Shown: positions 12,263-24,313, counted from the first letter of the stretch. The stretch is DNA of 64,000 nt from Octopus bimaculoides (GCF_001194135.2 NC_068995.1:55117601-55181600), one strand, 5' to 3'. Program-made: numbers and translations. The notes: generated from the sequence alone by a model not told the origin.

Positions 12263-12298
12263 TCTCCTACACCTAGGAATCCTGTCAGGCCGTCGGAT
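12263..12298 (-). CDS. Gene A exon 4, 36 nt, phase 2-2, SDGLTGFLGVG(D)
   Basis: gttaatatttttcag|A TCC GAC GGC CTG ACA GGA TTC CTA GGT GTA GGA GA|GTAAGT. Shares GFLG with exon 3. Confidence 0.78.
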
Positions 12299-12949
12299 CT
12301 GAAAAATATTAACGTATAAACAATTATTTCATTCTGAAAAATAAATATTATATATATATATATATATATATGAGTCTGCTGAGATAATTGGAATACACAA
12401 CACCTAATAACCTGACGGTATAACTTTTCTACCCCGCTGATGAGATTTTTGCCTAATACAATCATTTAATTACTGTAATTTAATATTTAGTCTAAATTGC
12501 AACAGCTGTAAGAGAACATGTTGGATTTTTGCAGTTATTAAATTATACTAATGCTACATTTCCATTTTTGAAATTTTCTTTATATGTATATANNNNNNNN
12601 NNNNNNNNNNNNNNNNNNNNNNNNNNNNNNNNNNNNNNNNNNNNNNNNNNNNNNNNNNNNNNNNNNNNNNNNNNNNNNNNNNNNNNNNNNNNNNNNNNNN
12701 NNNNNNNNNNNNNNNNNNNNNNNNNNNNNNNNNNNNNNNNNNNNNNNNNNNNNNNNNNNNNNNNNNNNNATATATAAGAACACATTAAATCCTTCAATTT
12801 CACTTTAACATTTAAATTTAATTTGTATCAAAATATTTTCGACGCATTGAAACCGCGGCCTATTCACTGATAAAACTTCGTGCTGCATGAATTTGTGTCA
12901 ATGAACAGGTCGCTGTGAAACTATATGAAAGTGTTTTCAAAATACTTAC

Positions 12950-12988
12950 GCAATATTTCCTAAGAAACCTGCAAATACTTCTCGTAAA
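12950..12988 (-). CDS. Gene A exon 3, 39 nt, phase 2-2, LREVFAGFLGNI(A)
   Basis: ttattatttcatttcag|T TTA CGA GAA GTA TTT GCA GGT TTC TTA GGA AAT ATT GC|GTAAGT. Confidence 0.78.
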
Positions 12989-14097
12989 CTGAAATGAAAT
13001 AATAAATTTAGTACATCAGTTATATGATATAAATGAACATAAGTGAATGACATTTTAGGGTATAATAGCTATTCCATTTAATTACTCACGATTAACATTC
13101 AATGTCATTTTAAGTAATAGTTGATTATATATCTTTAAAAGGTTGCGAAGTTTCTCCAATTAGATAGTCACGAAATAGTGACCAAATAATTCTGCTTATG
13201 TATTTAGATTGAATGGACCACGAATGTACGTACGTGCCTGCATGTGTGTGCGAGTGTGTGTTTGTGTGTGTACGTGTATGCGTGTGTGAGAGAGAGAGTT
13301 TGTGTGTTTGTGTCTGTGTGTTTATGTGGTTGTGTTTGTGTATTAGTATGTGTCTGTAAGTTTTAAACTATTTTCGGTATCGAGACAACCTTTTCGGGAA
13401 GTTCCATAGATTTGAGGAGTATAAATACCTTTTCAACACAATTTCACTCAGGTCTTTATAGCTTTCTATTGTTAATTAGAATATTAAGGATTGTTTAACT
13501 ATGCATTTGATACCTGGATCAGTGAACACTGGACGCCATCTGCAGCAACACATTTTGATATGCAGGGAGCAACTGAAGCAAGTAAGACACCCTCGTAAAC
13601 CACTGGATTGGTAATAGTTATGGACAAGTGATTGAAGTCGACTGTTTGTAAGACAGTAGGAATCTTTAAGAATGACAGGATGTTTCTTGATTAAATGTAA
13701 ACTTAATTCATCTATACGTTAAAGTAAATTATGTTAACAGTTACTCAAATTCATTCCCACTACTTTGTGCGAAAGTACATTTATATGCGTGCAGGCATCT
13801 CGAGAGTCTTTCAGAAATTCTATTAATGATCTTTTCATTGGTCCACATTATAGCCAGGGATTCCTTGGATTCCTAAGAGTCGGCATCTCTTGTAAATGAT
13901 ATTGTATATATTTTTTTTTTGGGGGGGGGCGTGTCTTACTATAGAGCAGGTTATGTTATACTGAATTTTATCTTACTTCAGTCGGCTCACATAATCGGCC
14001 AAACATGTTGAATGTCTCTAATTGATTCTCTTGAAGCTGGCGACATGGTTGCATAACGTTTCTTAAATATATATATAGCCTATATACATATAAGTAA

Positions 14098-14143
<46 letters not shown>

Positions 14144-14366
14144 AAAGAAAGAAAGGATAAAGAGAACAATGGCACAGTTAGAATTATATTTTATGTATAA
14201 AGTCTTACAGCTGTTTCAGGGAAAATCCAATATATCCCTTCATCGGAGACGGTAATAGTGGAAGAATGGATTATTACATCTATAAGAGATTTGTAGTAAG
14301 AAGTGAGAGGGTTTGGTTGACTCCAATACACTTCATAACCTTTATGTGTATATATATATATATATG

Positions 14367-14413
<47 letters not shown>

Positions 14414-14814
14414 ATACATATATATGTGTGTGTGCGTGTGTATATATACATATATACATGTATATATTATGTATATGTATGTATATATGTGTGGATGTTT
14501 AGAAAATGTAATTCTTTATAGTTTTATCTACTTCCAGTCCCAACGTTTAAAGAATGCCTATTTTGTGTATACACCTGTAAATGATATTGTTATAGGAACA
14601 ACTTCTATATTAATATAAGCTAAAATTTAATAACTCACCCCTTCAATGCCACTTTTCCAAGAGCAGGTCTGTAAGGGAAAAAAAATAAAATCTTTCATAA
14701 ATTAAATATCGAGGAATTCATGTATAGGCACACACACCCCCACACACACACACACGCGCGCGGTCAAGGAATAGGGGCGATCCAATCCCGGCTAGAACAT
14801 TACTCAAATGAACT

Positions 14815-14876
<62 letters not shown>

Positions 14877-15040
14877 GTGTAGGTAACAATTAGAGGAGTT
14901 TAAATCCTCTAAGGGTTAATTATATAAAACGGTCGATTGATATATTGATATTTTATATTAGATTGATAATATGGAATGTATAATATGAAGGTATACAGAA
15001 CACATATTAAAATAATATTACATAAGAAAGTATAACTTAC

Positions 15041-15073
15041 ATGTTGCGTTTGCTCCTGTTACCTTTGTTTGTC
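15041..15073 (-). CDS. Gene A exon 2, 33 nt, phase 2-2, TNKGNRSKRN(I), containing an RxKR furin-type site
   Basis: gatgtttctttcattacag|G ACA AAC AAA GGT AAC AGG AGC AAA CGC AAC AT|GTAAGT. Confidence 0.75.
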
Positions 15074-15307
15074 CTGTAATGAAAGAAACATCAATAAAGT
15101 CAGAAATGAGATGGTTCGTAATTTGTTGAAGACACATGAGTAAAAATTACGTAATATGTTTTCTGTTTTAATATATAATTCGTAGTTTGATACTTACAAA
15201 ACTATGCAGACAACTCAACTGGACAAATATGTGGCAATGTAAATACTGTAAACTTCAGGTAGATTTATAATTCTAATTTGAGCCTGAAAGTTACATCTAA
15301 TGATAAA

Positions 15308-15497
15308 CGAGGGGGCTGCTGAAAAGTTCCTGGCTTTAGGAGTATCGCGAAATGTGCGGCTGGACGTCCAATCTTCCGTACTTAGAAAAACTGAAGGACC
15401 GCTGCAATAAGTGTGTGAATCTGAGAGGGAAATATGTTAACTAAAATCATAATTAACTGATTCTTATTCCCAAAGCCATGGACTTTTCAGCACACTC
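15308..15497 (+). mobile_element. Mariner-derived MITE / internally deleted element
   Basis: Imperfect terminal inverted repeats (gagggggctgctgaaaagttcctggcttt ... aaagccatggacttttcagcacactc). The interior encodes LEKLKDRCNKCVNLRGKYVN*, resembling the mariner transposase C-terminus. Confidence 0.8.
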
Positions 15498-15765
15498 ACA
15501 TATCATAAACTCAACAAATAGAGAAGGGAATTCCGTAGGTTGTGGAATTATACACCACTAAATGCTGTTTGATTGTCGTCTGATTTGTAGAAATAAATTT
15601 TATCCCAATATTATCTATGTGATGAATACCATATGCTACATATATAATAATTAATATGAATTAATATTTCCAAATTAATATAATCATATTGCAATTCAAA
15701 AGAGATTTAAAGATGTTACACAGGCATAATCAGATTATTTCATAAATTAAATATTAATGACTTAC

Positions 15766-15863
15766 CGATTAGATTTTTTCTCCTCCAGAATGTCCTCCGG
15801 AAAGGCAAATGGATCATCAAAAGTCACCAGAAAGCAAGCGATGGCATTTCTAAATGTTTTCAT
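15766..15863 (-). CDS. Gene A exon 1 from the ATG at 15863, MKTFRNAIACFLVTFDDPFAFPEDILEEKKSN(R). Alternatively a 150-nt internal exon, 15915-15766.
   Basis: Donor CG|GTAAGT at 15765, phase 2. The frame is open from an in-frame acceptor (tcatattcacag|A at 15915), and TATATAAAA lies 43 nt upstream of the ATG, so both readings are possible. Confidence 0.65.
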
Positions 15864-15905
15864 TTCATATTGTTTGAAGTGGTAAATCGGAAACAGTAGT
15901 AGGCG

Positions 15906-15914
15906 TTTTATATA
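15906..15914 (-). promoter_or_regulatory. Possible TATA box (TATATAAAA) for gene A
   Basis: Lies 43 nt upstream of the ATG at 15863. It overlaps the alternative internal-exon reading. Confidence 0.35.
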
Positions 15915-16145
15915 TCTGTGAATATGACATGGACTTTTAATTAGAAGAATAATATGAACAATACATAAATACATATTGATATATGCACTCATTAACTACC
16001 ATATATATATTGGTGGAATTCAGCTTGCAGCAAGAACAGAGCCAACTATTGTTTCTATTACATCGACATATTTGGAAATATAGAAAATGTCCTTATTGAT
16101 ATCTCCGTAGATATTTAATCTCTTCTTTTCATTCTTATACACATA

Positions 16146-16239
<94 letters not shown>

Positions 16240-16241
<2 letters not shown>

Positions 16242-16560
16242 CGTAGGAGTGGCTGTGTGTAAGTAGCTTGCTTAACAACCACATGGTTCCGGGTTCATTG
16301 ACGGAGACCCTTGGCATTATGTTGTGCTTGAGAAGAAGACCCATCAAGCCAAGTAAATTGGCAGTCGTGCCAGTCGCATGTAAAAGCACCCATTATACTC
16401 TCGGAGTGGTTGGCATTCGGAAGGGCATCTAGCTGTGGAAACTATGCAAAATCAGATTGGAGTCCGGTGCAGCCTTCCGGCTTCCCAGCCCTGGTCAAAC
16501 CACCCAACACATGTCACCATGGACAACGGACATTAAATGATCATGATGATGATGATGAGG
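16240..16560 (+). mobile_element. SINE with family 2 head and (GAT)n tail
   Basis: gcgtaggagtggctgtgtgtaagtagcttgctt...aaaagcacccattatactctcggagtggttggc...ggacattaaatgatcatgatgatgat. Confidence 0.8.
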
Positions 16561-17439
16561 AGGAGGAGGTGGAGATTGTGGAGGAGAATATCCTTTTTGT
16601 ATATATTCATTTTTGTTTTAATTGAATTTCAGCATCAATTTTCTATATTTTTATTATTGTTTCATAGCAAATAATATTACGATACTGTTTGATAGTCAAA
16701 AATATTTCCTGCCATCTGGTTAATTTTCAATAACGTTTTGGTGTATTTCTCAAATTTCTGTATGGTAACTTGAAGATTTTCTTAACGTAGGCTTTCGTAT
16801 TACAATTTTCTCGAGTAAATATATCCATTTTATTCCTTCAATTAAAACATGAAATCAATGGGATTCTTAGGTGTTTATGTACTTATTGTCAAAAACGTAA
16901 ACGCGACCATTTTGATGCTTACATGCGAATACACAATAGAAATTAAATCTGCTTACGGTCCATCCCAAACCTTTTCCATAGCGTCCAAAATTATCGTATG
17001 AGAATAGGCCAGTCGTTGCTCGAATTCTTCAATGTCCGAGCACGTTTCCCAGCTAAAATGTATGAATGATATAAGGAAATATTTAGTGAGAGGCTTAATA
17101 ATTTATTATAAGTTAAAATCATAAGTATATGTATAAAGGAGAGAAAATGGTGAGGAACTGCTAGGTTTCGCTTCTTCAAAATTTATGAGGTACAAAAAGA
17201 ACATGCTATAATTGTGTTCAGAGTTACACTGATTCATCTTTAGAAAATGTCGTTTAATTTATACAACAGGAGCAACTAATCTTTAACAGTTGCACTAAAA
17301 TGTCTCGTCTGTTGCTAACCGAGCTTTGGGAGTTTTTCTCATTGCCGATGTACACTTAGAATTAATCAAATAATTGTCAAATATTTTCTCTCTCATAATA
17401 ATGATTTCAAATTTTTGCAACAAGGGCAGCTCGAGGAAG

Positions 17440-17613
17440 GGGATTGAGTTGATTATATCGACCCCAGTGCGTAACCGGTATATATCTTATCCACCCCGAA
17501 GGAGTGAAAGGCAAAGTAGATCTCTCCGGGTTTTTAACTCAGAAAGTAGCGGCAGACAAAATACCGCTAAGCATTTCGCCCGTCGTGCTTGCGATTCTGC
17601 CAGCTCGCCGCCT
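17440..17613 (-). mobile_element. SINE family 1
   Basis: Reverse complement of the 3339 element, ending ctgccagctcgccgccttt. Confidence 0.85.
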
Positions 17614-17616
17614 TTT

Positions 17617-17662
<46 letters not shown>

Positions 17663-18046
17663 GTCAAGTCATTCTGCACTTTTCACTTTCTGATGTGTTG
17701 TCTTTTCTGTATTTGATGTAATTCGTTCTTAGTGCTTGTTCATGGGCAGAACAGATTAGAACCAACGTTTCCGTTTTGATATTAATTTTAGTTATCCATA
17801 GCCATCTTTTTTCTCTGTCTGTCTTATATTTAGCATCTCAATGAAACTGTCCATGTACTCTTTTCTTTATCCAGCTATTTTGAGTTTCATTCATACTCAA
17901 GTGCTTTAATGATTTAATGTTCGTTATCTTTCCAATCTTCCATCTTACACAAGCCTAACCTTCAGATTCCAATAATAGCGGTTATCATCATCATCATCAC
18001 AATCTAAACCCTATATCTTCAGGAGTAGTTACCTCAATCCTTTCTA

Positions 18047-18108
<62 letters not shown>

Positions 18109-18384
18109 TTTTAAAAAAGGATTGACGTAACACTTCACGAAGGTAAATAGTCAAGACTTTCAATACAGTAACCATAAGAGCATCACAGCAAACCACAGGA
18201 CATACNNNNNNNNNNACAGAGCTGCGCTCGGTAGTGAAGTGAAAGCACGTTATAAAGATAACACTACTGAACAATAATAATAATAATAATAATAATAGCA
18301 TTCCATCTATTTACGAAGAAGTGTTCAGAACAATTTGAAAGAATTATTATACATTTCCTATATAATTAATCATTAATAATTCTT

Positions 18385-18522
18385 GGTAAGTAGCTTGCTT
18401 ACCAACCACATGGATCTGGGTTCAGTCCCACTGCGTGGCACCTCGGGCATCTTCTACTATAGACTCAGGCCGACTAAAGCCTTGTGAGTGGGTTTGGTAG
18501 ACGGAAACTGAAAGAAATCCGT
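18385..18522 (+). mobile_element. SINE family 2, 5' part
   Basis: ggtaagtagcttgcttaccaaccacatgg...ggccgactaaagccttgtgagtgggtttggtagacggaaactg. Confidence 0.8.
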
Positions 18523-18607
18523 CATTTATATCGAACAACGTTATCACTAAAAAGATCTCTCTGAAAATTATAATTCAGTTTTAAACATCGCATGCAGTAT
18601 GATCCCA

Positions 18608-18695
18608 AAATCTAGAATTCCATGCTGGTGGGCAAAATCTTGAATTCCATGCAGGTGAGGCAAAATCTAGATTTCCATGCAGGTGGGACAAAACT
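18608..18695. repeat. About 28-bp minisatellite, 3 copies
   Basis: Variants of caaaatctagaattccatgcaggtggg. Confidence 0.85.
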
Positions 18696-18949
18696 AATAT
18701 ACTGAAAACAAAAATAATACTATTATTTTCAAACATTTTATTTCTAAATTAGTTCAGAGTTGCAGGGGAAGCATCAGTATAATGTCAGTCCGTACTCAGC
18801 GTAAACGATAACTGTAGAAACATAAATCAAGTCATCATAAGACAATCGTAGTAATCTAATATACAAGTGTCTATTATGCTAAGATCGTTAAAAAAAAGTT
18901 TTTTCTACTATAACACTACATTAGATTTTTCAATATTTTTTAACCCTAA

Positions 18950-19163
18950 AGGGCCGGTGAGCTGGCAGAAGCGTTAGCACGCTGGGTGAACTGCTAAGTG
19001 ATATTTCGTCTGTTTTTACGTTCTGAGTTCAAATTCCAACGAAGTCGACTTTACCTTTCATACTTTCGGGGTCGATAAATCAAGTACCAAATGCGTACTG
19101 GGGTCGCTCTAATCGACTGACCCCCTCCTCAGAAATTGCGGGCCTTGTGCCTAGAATAGAAAA
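18950..19163 (+). mobile_element. SINE family 1
   Basis: gagctggcagaagcgttagcacg...gtcgactttacctttcatactttcggggtcgataaat...gccttgtgcctag. Confidence 0.85.
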
Positions 19164-19829
19164 TAATATGTATTAACCGTCCAATAATAAGATTGTCAAA
19201 TTCCATTGCACAGACAACCAATGAATGATTCATTTCTGAATATATTAGGTGTGTTTCCAAATATGATAAAACTTATCAAGACGGGTTTCATATACACATG
19301 TATGTGTAAGTGTGATTGTTTGAAGGTGATATTTTTCTACTACTTAAGTAAACATAAGCATACCTCATAAAGAAGTTTTCCCACGCATGCGCTCTTGTCT
19401 TGTATTTCATGAGACGTAATTCATTATCCTTTTCCTTAGCAGAAGACCTAGAAAGAAAATAGTGAGAATAGAAATTCATAATTTCAGTGTCCAAAGGTTA
19501 CTTTAAGTTTAGATGAAATAAAGTACTAAGGATTGAAAAGTTTTCCTAATATTCATAATGTTTTCTCTTGATTTTGTGACATTAAATTTTCCTGTGATTC
19601 GTTGGTGTCATTTCGTACCATACTCTAATATTTACTGACCTAGCTATAATTCTCCAAATTGCATCGGAGTTCTTCACTCTTCTCTCTCTTTAAGGGTCCA
19701 AAAGAAAAAAAAGGAACAGGGAAAAAAAACTAAAGAAGGAAAAGAATAACCAAGACCATGTGTATGATTACTTTGTTGATATATTCGTATTTATATGAAA
19801 CTATATCTCAGGAAACTTAGATACGTTTC

Positions 19830-20175
19830 TACCAAAGATTGATTCAGGCCATGTCTAACTTATTAGCACTACCTGATAGCATTAGCTAAATCCTTTTTAA
19901 GTCAAGTTTGTGGTATCATGGTCCATTCGAGTAAGGAGTTCTTGTTGAGGGAGTTGTATCGAGGTATATTTGAATTCTCTGGTATCCCTTGAAGCAAATT
20001 GTCCAGATTCTGTTTAAAGGTGATGGGATCCTTTTCCGCGTTGATCTGTTTCAGGAGAATTTTATATAGTTGAGTAAAAGAAATTGTGTTCCTGTGTATT
20101 TATGTGTTGTGAATTAGGTGTAGGACTATAGATGAATATTCTAACTTTGGATGAATTTTGAATCTAATGTTGAGG
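19830..20175 (-). mobile_element. CR1/L2-like LINE 3' end
   Basis: Minus strand reads KQINAEKDPITFKQNLDNLLQGIPENSNIPRYNSLNKNSLLEW, resembling the CR1-type ORF2 C-terminus (FKxxLDxxLxxIP...NSLLxW). Confidence 0.7.
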
Positions 20176-20189
20176 TCGTTTGGTCAAAG

Positions 20190-20960
20190 CTGGCGGTATA
20201 TTCTCCACATTGTGCAAATAATGTATCGCTTATGGCGGTGCAGGTTAGAAGAGTTTAAATGCTGGTGTAATGCAAGGAGATACCCTCTTTCCAAACCTCT
20301 TTATGCCATGTCTTGAAATGATCATGAAGAGCATCGACTGGCCGGGTGGCGTGATCATCAACGGTGAACAAGAAACGCATTTCCGAATTGCAGCTGTTAT
20401 GGTACACATCATTGAAACCGTAGACCAGGTGCAGATACTGCGAACAGAGTTGAACTCCCAGAAATTATAAGAATGTCTTACAATGAACTGCATAAAAACA
20501 AAATATTCTCAGCCGGAAGTCATAGCATAGGAAGTCATTGGATGCAAAGAATTCAAGGCGTTAAAAGTATAATTCTATAGTGAATAATGCAAGATATAGA
20601 CGCTGAAATCACAAGCAGGATAAGGGCAGAATTCAAGGCATTTAACAGAGCTGGACAGATACATATGAGCCAAACACTTGAATAGCATCCTCCTACCATC
20701 ACACTAATATGCAACTGGGACGAATTTCACTACGAAGAAGATAGAAAATCGAATAACTACGACACAATGGGGCTACTACCATTAAGGGAGTATATTGGAA
20801 ACGAGATAATTCGAGAACGGAATGGAGAGATCGTTGTGATTGCAGAGTTCCTAAAGCACAAGGTTCGTTGAGCTAGACATGGTGCACAGGTAGATCCTTG
20901 CATTTGCCGATTGTTATCCAAAAGGATATTTTCAAGGCCTCCATAACAATGAGTAGCACT
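20190..20960 (+). mobile_element. Degraded RTE-clade LINE reverse transcriptase fragment
   Basis: Translates to GVMQGDTLFPNLFMPCLEMIMKSIDWPGGVIINGEQETHFRIA (RT QGD motif through to the degenerate FADD region), then DIDAEITSRIR and HKVR*ARH, with stops and frameshifts. Confidence 0.85.
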
Positions 20961-21689
20961 TTGATCATGCAATATGCAACATACAATATATATATATATA
21001 TANNNNNNNNNNNNNNNNNNNNNNNNNNNNNNNNNNNNNNNNNNNNNNNNNNNNNNNNNNNNNNNNNNNNNNNNNNNNNNNNNNNNNNNNNNNNNNNNNN
21101 NNNNNNNNNNNNNNNNNNNNNNNNNNNNNNNNNNNNNNNNNNNNNNNNNNNNNNNNNNNNNNNNNNNNNNNNNNNNNNNNNNNNNNNNNNNNNNNNNNNN
21201 NNNNNNNNNNNNNNNNNNNNNNNNNNNNNNNNNNNNNNNNNNNNNNNNNNNNNNNNNNNNNNNNNNNNNNNNNNNNNNNNNNNNNNNNNNNNNNNNNNNN
21301 NNNNNNNNNNNNNNNNNNNNNNNNNNNNNNNNNNNNNNNNNNNNNNNNNNNNNNNNNNNNNNNNNNNNNNNNNNNNNNNNNNNNNNNNNNNNNNNNNNNN
21401 NNNNNNNNNNNNNNNNNNNNNNNNNNNNNNNNNNNNNNNNNNNNNNNNNNNNNNNNNNNNNNNNNNNNNNNNNNNNNNNNNNNNNNNNNNNNNNNNNNNN
21501 NNNNNNNNNNNNNNNNNNNNNNNNNNNNNNNNNNNNNNNNNNNNNNNNNNNNNNNNNNNNNNNNNNNNNNNNNNNNNNNNNNNNNNNNNNNNNNNNNNNN
21601 TATATATATATATATATATATGTATATATAGATTTTAGCATGAGTAGCTTTTGTTAAAAATAATCTTTACAAATCGTTTAAACGTGGCT

Positions 21690-21880
21690 TTGTGGTAAGA
21701 AATAGCTTCCCAACCAAATTGTTCCGGATTCAGTCCTACTGCGTAGCATCCTGCTCAAGTGTTTTATTCTACTGCAGCTCTACCCACCCAACCCACCAAA
21801 TTCTTGTGAGTGGATTTGGTAGAGAGAGAAACAGAAAAAATGACCGCCGTATGTATGTATATGTGTCTGTGTGTGTTTGT
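21690..21880 (+). mobile_element. SINE family 2 fragment
   Basis: tgtggtaagaaatagcttcccaacca...ttgtgagtggatttggtaga. Confidence 0.65.
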
Positions 21881-22629
21881 GTTTGTATTTTTCGAAAAAA
21901 CATTTTCTCTATTATAAATTATTTATTGTAAATAATAAATTTAAGTATACACCCAGAATAATGCCTAATAGCAGTTTTCTGTGAATCGATTTTGATAAAA
22001 ACAATATTCCAAGGTGATTTGCACACTACGGCAACACAATTGTTGTTTTCATTATTCCGTGTAACGTCCTTTCGTTTTTATTTCAGATTCTTCAGTTTTT
22101 GCGTGAACTACGTTGATAGTTTTGAATAAAAATAGCTCATCTAATATGTTTCTTCAGAACATTAAGGGGAATGATATACATTTAGCATACATTGAATATA
22201 TATTGAACATAACACCATGATAAAATTATAACATTTATTGACATAATGAAATATTTAGCCACATGAGCACCATTTCGTCAGATAACTTCAAAAACCCTGG
22301 ACAAGTTGTCATATAGATAGTAAGACATACACAGTTTCTACTTGTGAAAGGATTTGAATTTGATATTGAAAATTTACATAAAAACTCAATTTAATACATC
22401 CACACGTACACATACACGTTTTTGCGTTTATATACGCACACGTATATGCACATAATATACCCGCCATCATACAGGTGCGCTTGCATCATCCCCGGTGTGT
22501 ACACATCTAAATTTATGTGGTCATTTTACCTCGTTAGTTATTCATGCAGTAACATTTTGTTAATAATTTTCTAGTGACAACCGCTTATTCAAATGTGTAT
22601 ATTTCAAACTAATTGTATATATATATATC

Positions 22630-22661
<32 letters not shown>

Positions 22662-22806
22662 CATAAATGCATATAAAGATAGATATCGAAAAGAGATTGT
22701 AACTCTCTGTGACTGTATGTGCAATATTGTCTTCCTCTTTTAAAACATATATCTACATGCATATGTGTGTATGTGTGCATGTGTGTATATATACATATGT
22801 GTGTAT

Positions 22807-22879
<73 letters not shown>

Positions 22880-23067
22880 CATGTATGTGTGTGCATGTGT
22901 GTGGGCATATCTGTGTGTGTGGTTGCGTGAGCATCTGTCTGTCTTTGTGTGTGTATTGTAATCAATAATAATCAAGATTAACACATTAATCATTAATTCA
23001 GGATTACATCATACAAAGGCCGACACAACCCGTCGCAAACAATTGTTTACGAGATGTGTCTCTCTCT

Positions 23068-23105
<38 letters not shown>

Positions 23106-23310
23106 GCTAGTATACATAGGTAAAACAACATAAATATCAAGAGAGGATAATCGGCAAACAGCTGGACAAGCTGTGATGTAATAGCAGAACGATAAGAGCA
23201 GTGGATAAACGTAATGGCATGCGACAAAAACAAATAATAATTAACGTAAAAAGCAGTGCACAGGTAACTGTCCACCGACTAAAAGAACAAGAAATGTAAA
23301 ATAGACTTAC

Positions 23311-23347
23311 GTTTCAGTGGAAACTCTTAGCAATGTAACGAGTAAAA
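23311..23347 (-). CDS. Chain B stop exon, copy 2, 37 nt, FTRYIAKSFH*
   Basis: Same as 24593-24629 except ACT (Thr) in place of GCT (Ala). Both splice sites are intact. Confidence 0.5.
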
Positions 23348-24264
23348 CTGAAGCTAGAAACAAACACGCAAAGGAAACGAACTGAAGGCAATAAACGGAG
23401 TAGTTAGAGGGAGGCGTATAAGCCTGTGAAGTATTAAGAGTAATGTATATGATACATCAAAAATTTTTGTTAAAGATAATTGTAAACAGTGACGAAAATC
23501 ACAAAGATCAACGCAAATTCACAAAAATATTCTGAAAATATCAAAAAATAATAAAAGTAATGACTAATTAAATGGAGGTCTCCATCAAAACTCCGCCAAA
23601 TGTTGAAGTATGTTCCGGGACGGAATATCTGTCCCACCCTTCTTTTTTTTTATTGTATCCCACATTCTGAAGCACATTCAATTCGCATTAAGAAAAATCT
23701 CTCCATCTTACCCTTATATCGTACTTCTCACATAATTTTGTTCTTTTGATTTATATTCCTTTATGTGAAATTAAAATAAAATTCAAGATATTTGGCTGTT
23801 AATTCNNNNNNNNNNNNNNNNNNNNNNNNNNNNNNNNNNNNNNNNNNNNNNNNNNNNNNNNNNNNNNNNNNNNNNNNNNNNNNNNNNNNNNNNNNNNNNN
23901 NNNNNNNNNNNNNNNNNNNNNNNNNNNNNNNNNNNNNNNNNNNNNNNNNNNNNNNNNNNNNNNATATATAAATATATACAGAGAGAGAGAGAGAGAAAGT
24001 GAGAGAGTGAGAGAGAGAGAGAAAGTGAGAGAGTGAGAGAGAGAGAGAATGTGAGAGAGTGAGAGAGAGAGACACACACACACATATGCATATTTGTGTT
24101 TGTGTGTATGTGTGTGCCTGTCTGTGTCTGTGTGTGTTCTTTGTGTGTCTATGTGTATGTGTGGTTTAATCAATAATAACAATCAAGAATTAACACATTA
24201 ATCATTAATTTAGGATTACATCATACAAAGGCCGACACTACCCGTGGCAAACAATTGTTTACGA

Positions 24265-24313
<49 letters not shown>

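Noticed and set aside
13533-13591. 59-nt minus-strand exon candidate between exons 2 and 3 (approximate coordinates)
   Set aside because: It is asymmetric and would break the frame of the chain, with no other support.
14209-14279. Exon-like segment ending AAACAGCT|GTAAGA like the 33239 exon
   Set aside because: It is 71 nt (not 3n) with a stop in the phase-2 frame. At best a pseudo-exon or poison exon.
15200-15247. 48-nt exon candidate (approximate coordinates)
   Set aside because: Stop in the phase-2 frame and a weak acceptor.
10816-18695. Short tandem arrays as CRISPR-like repeats
   Set aside because: They are head-to-tail units with no unique spacers, in eukaryotic context with no cas genes.
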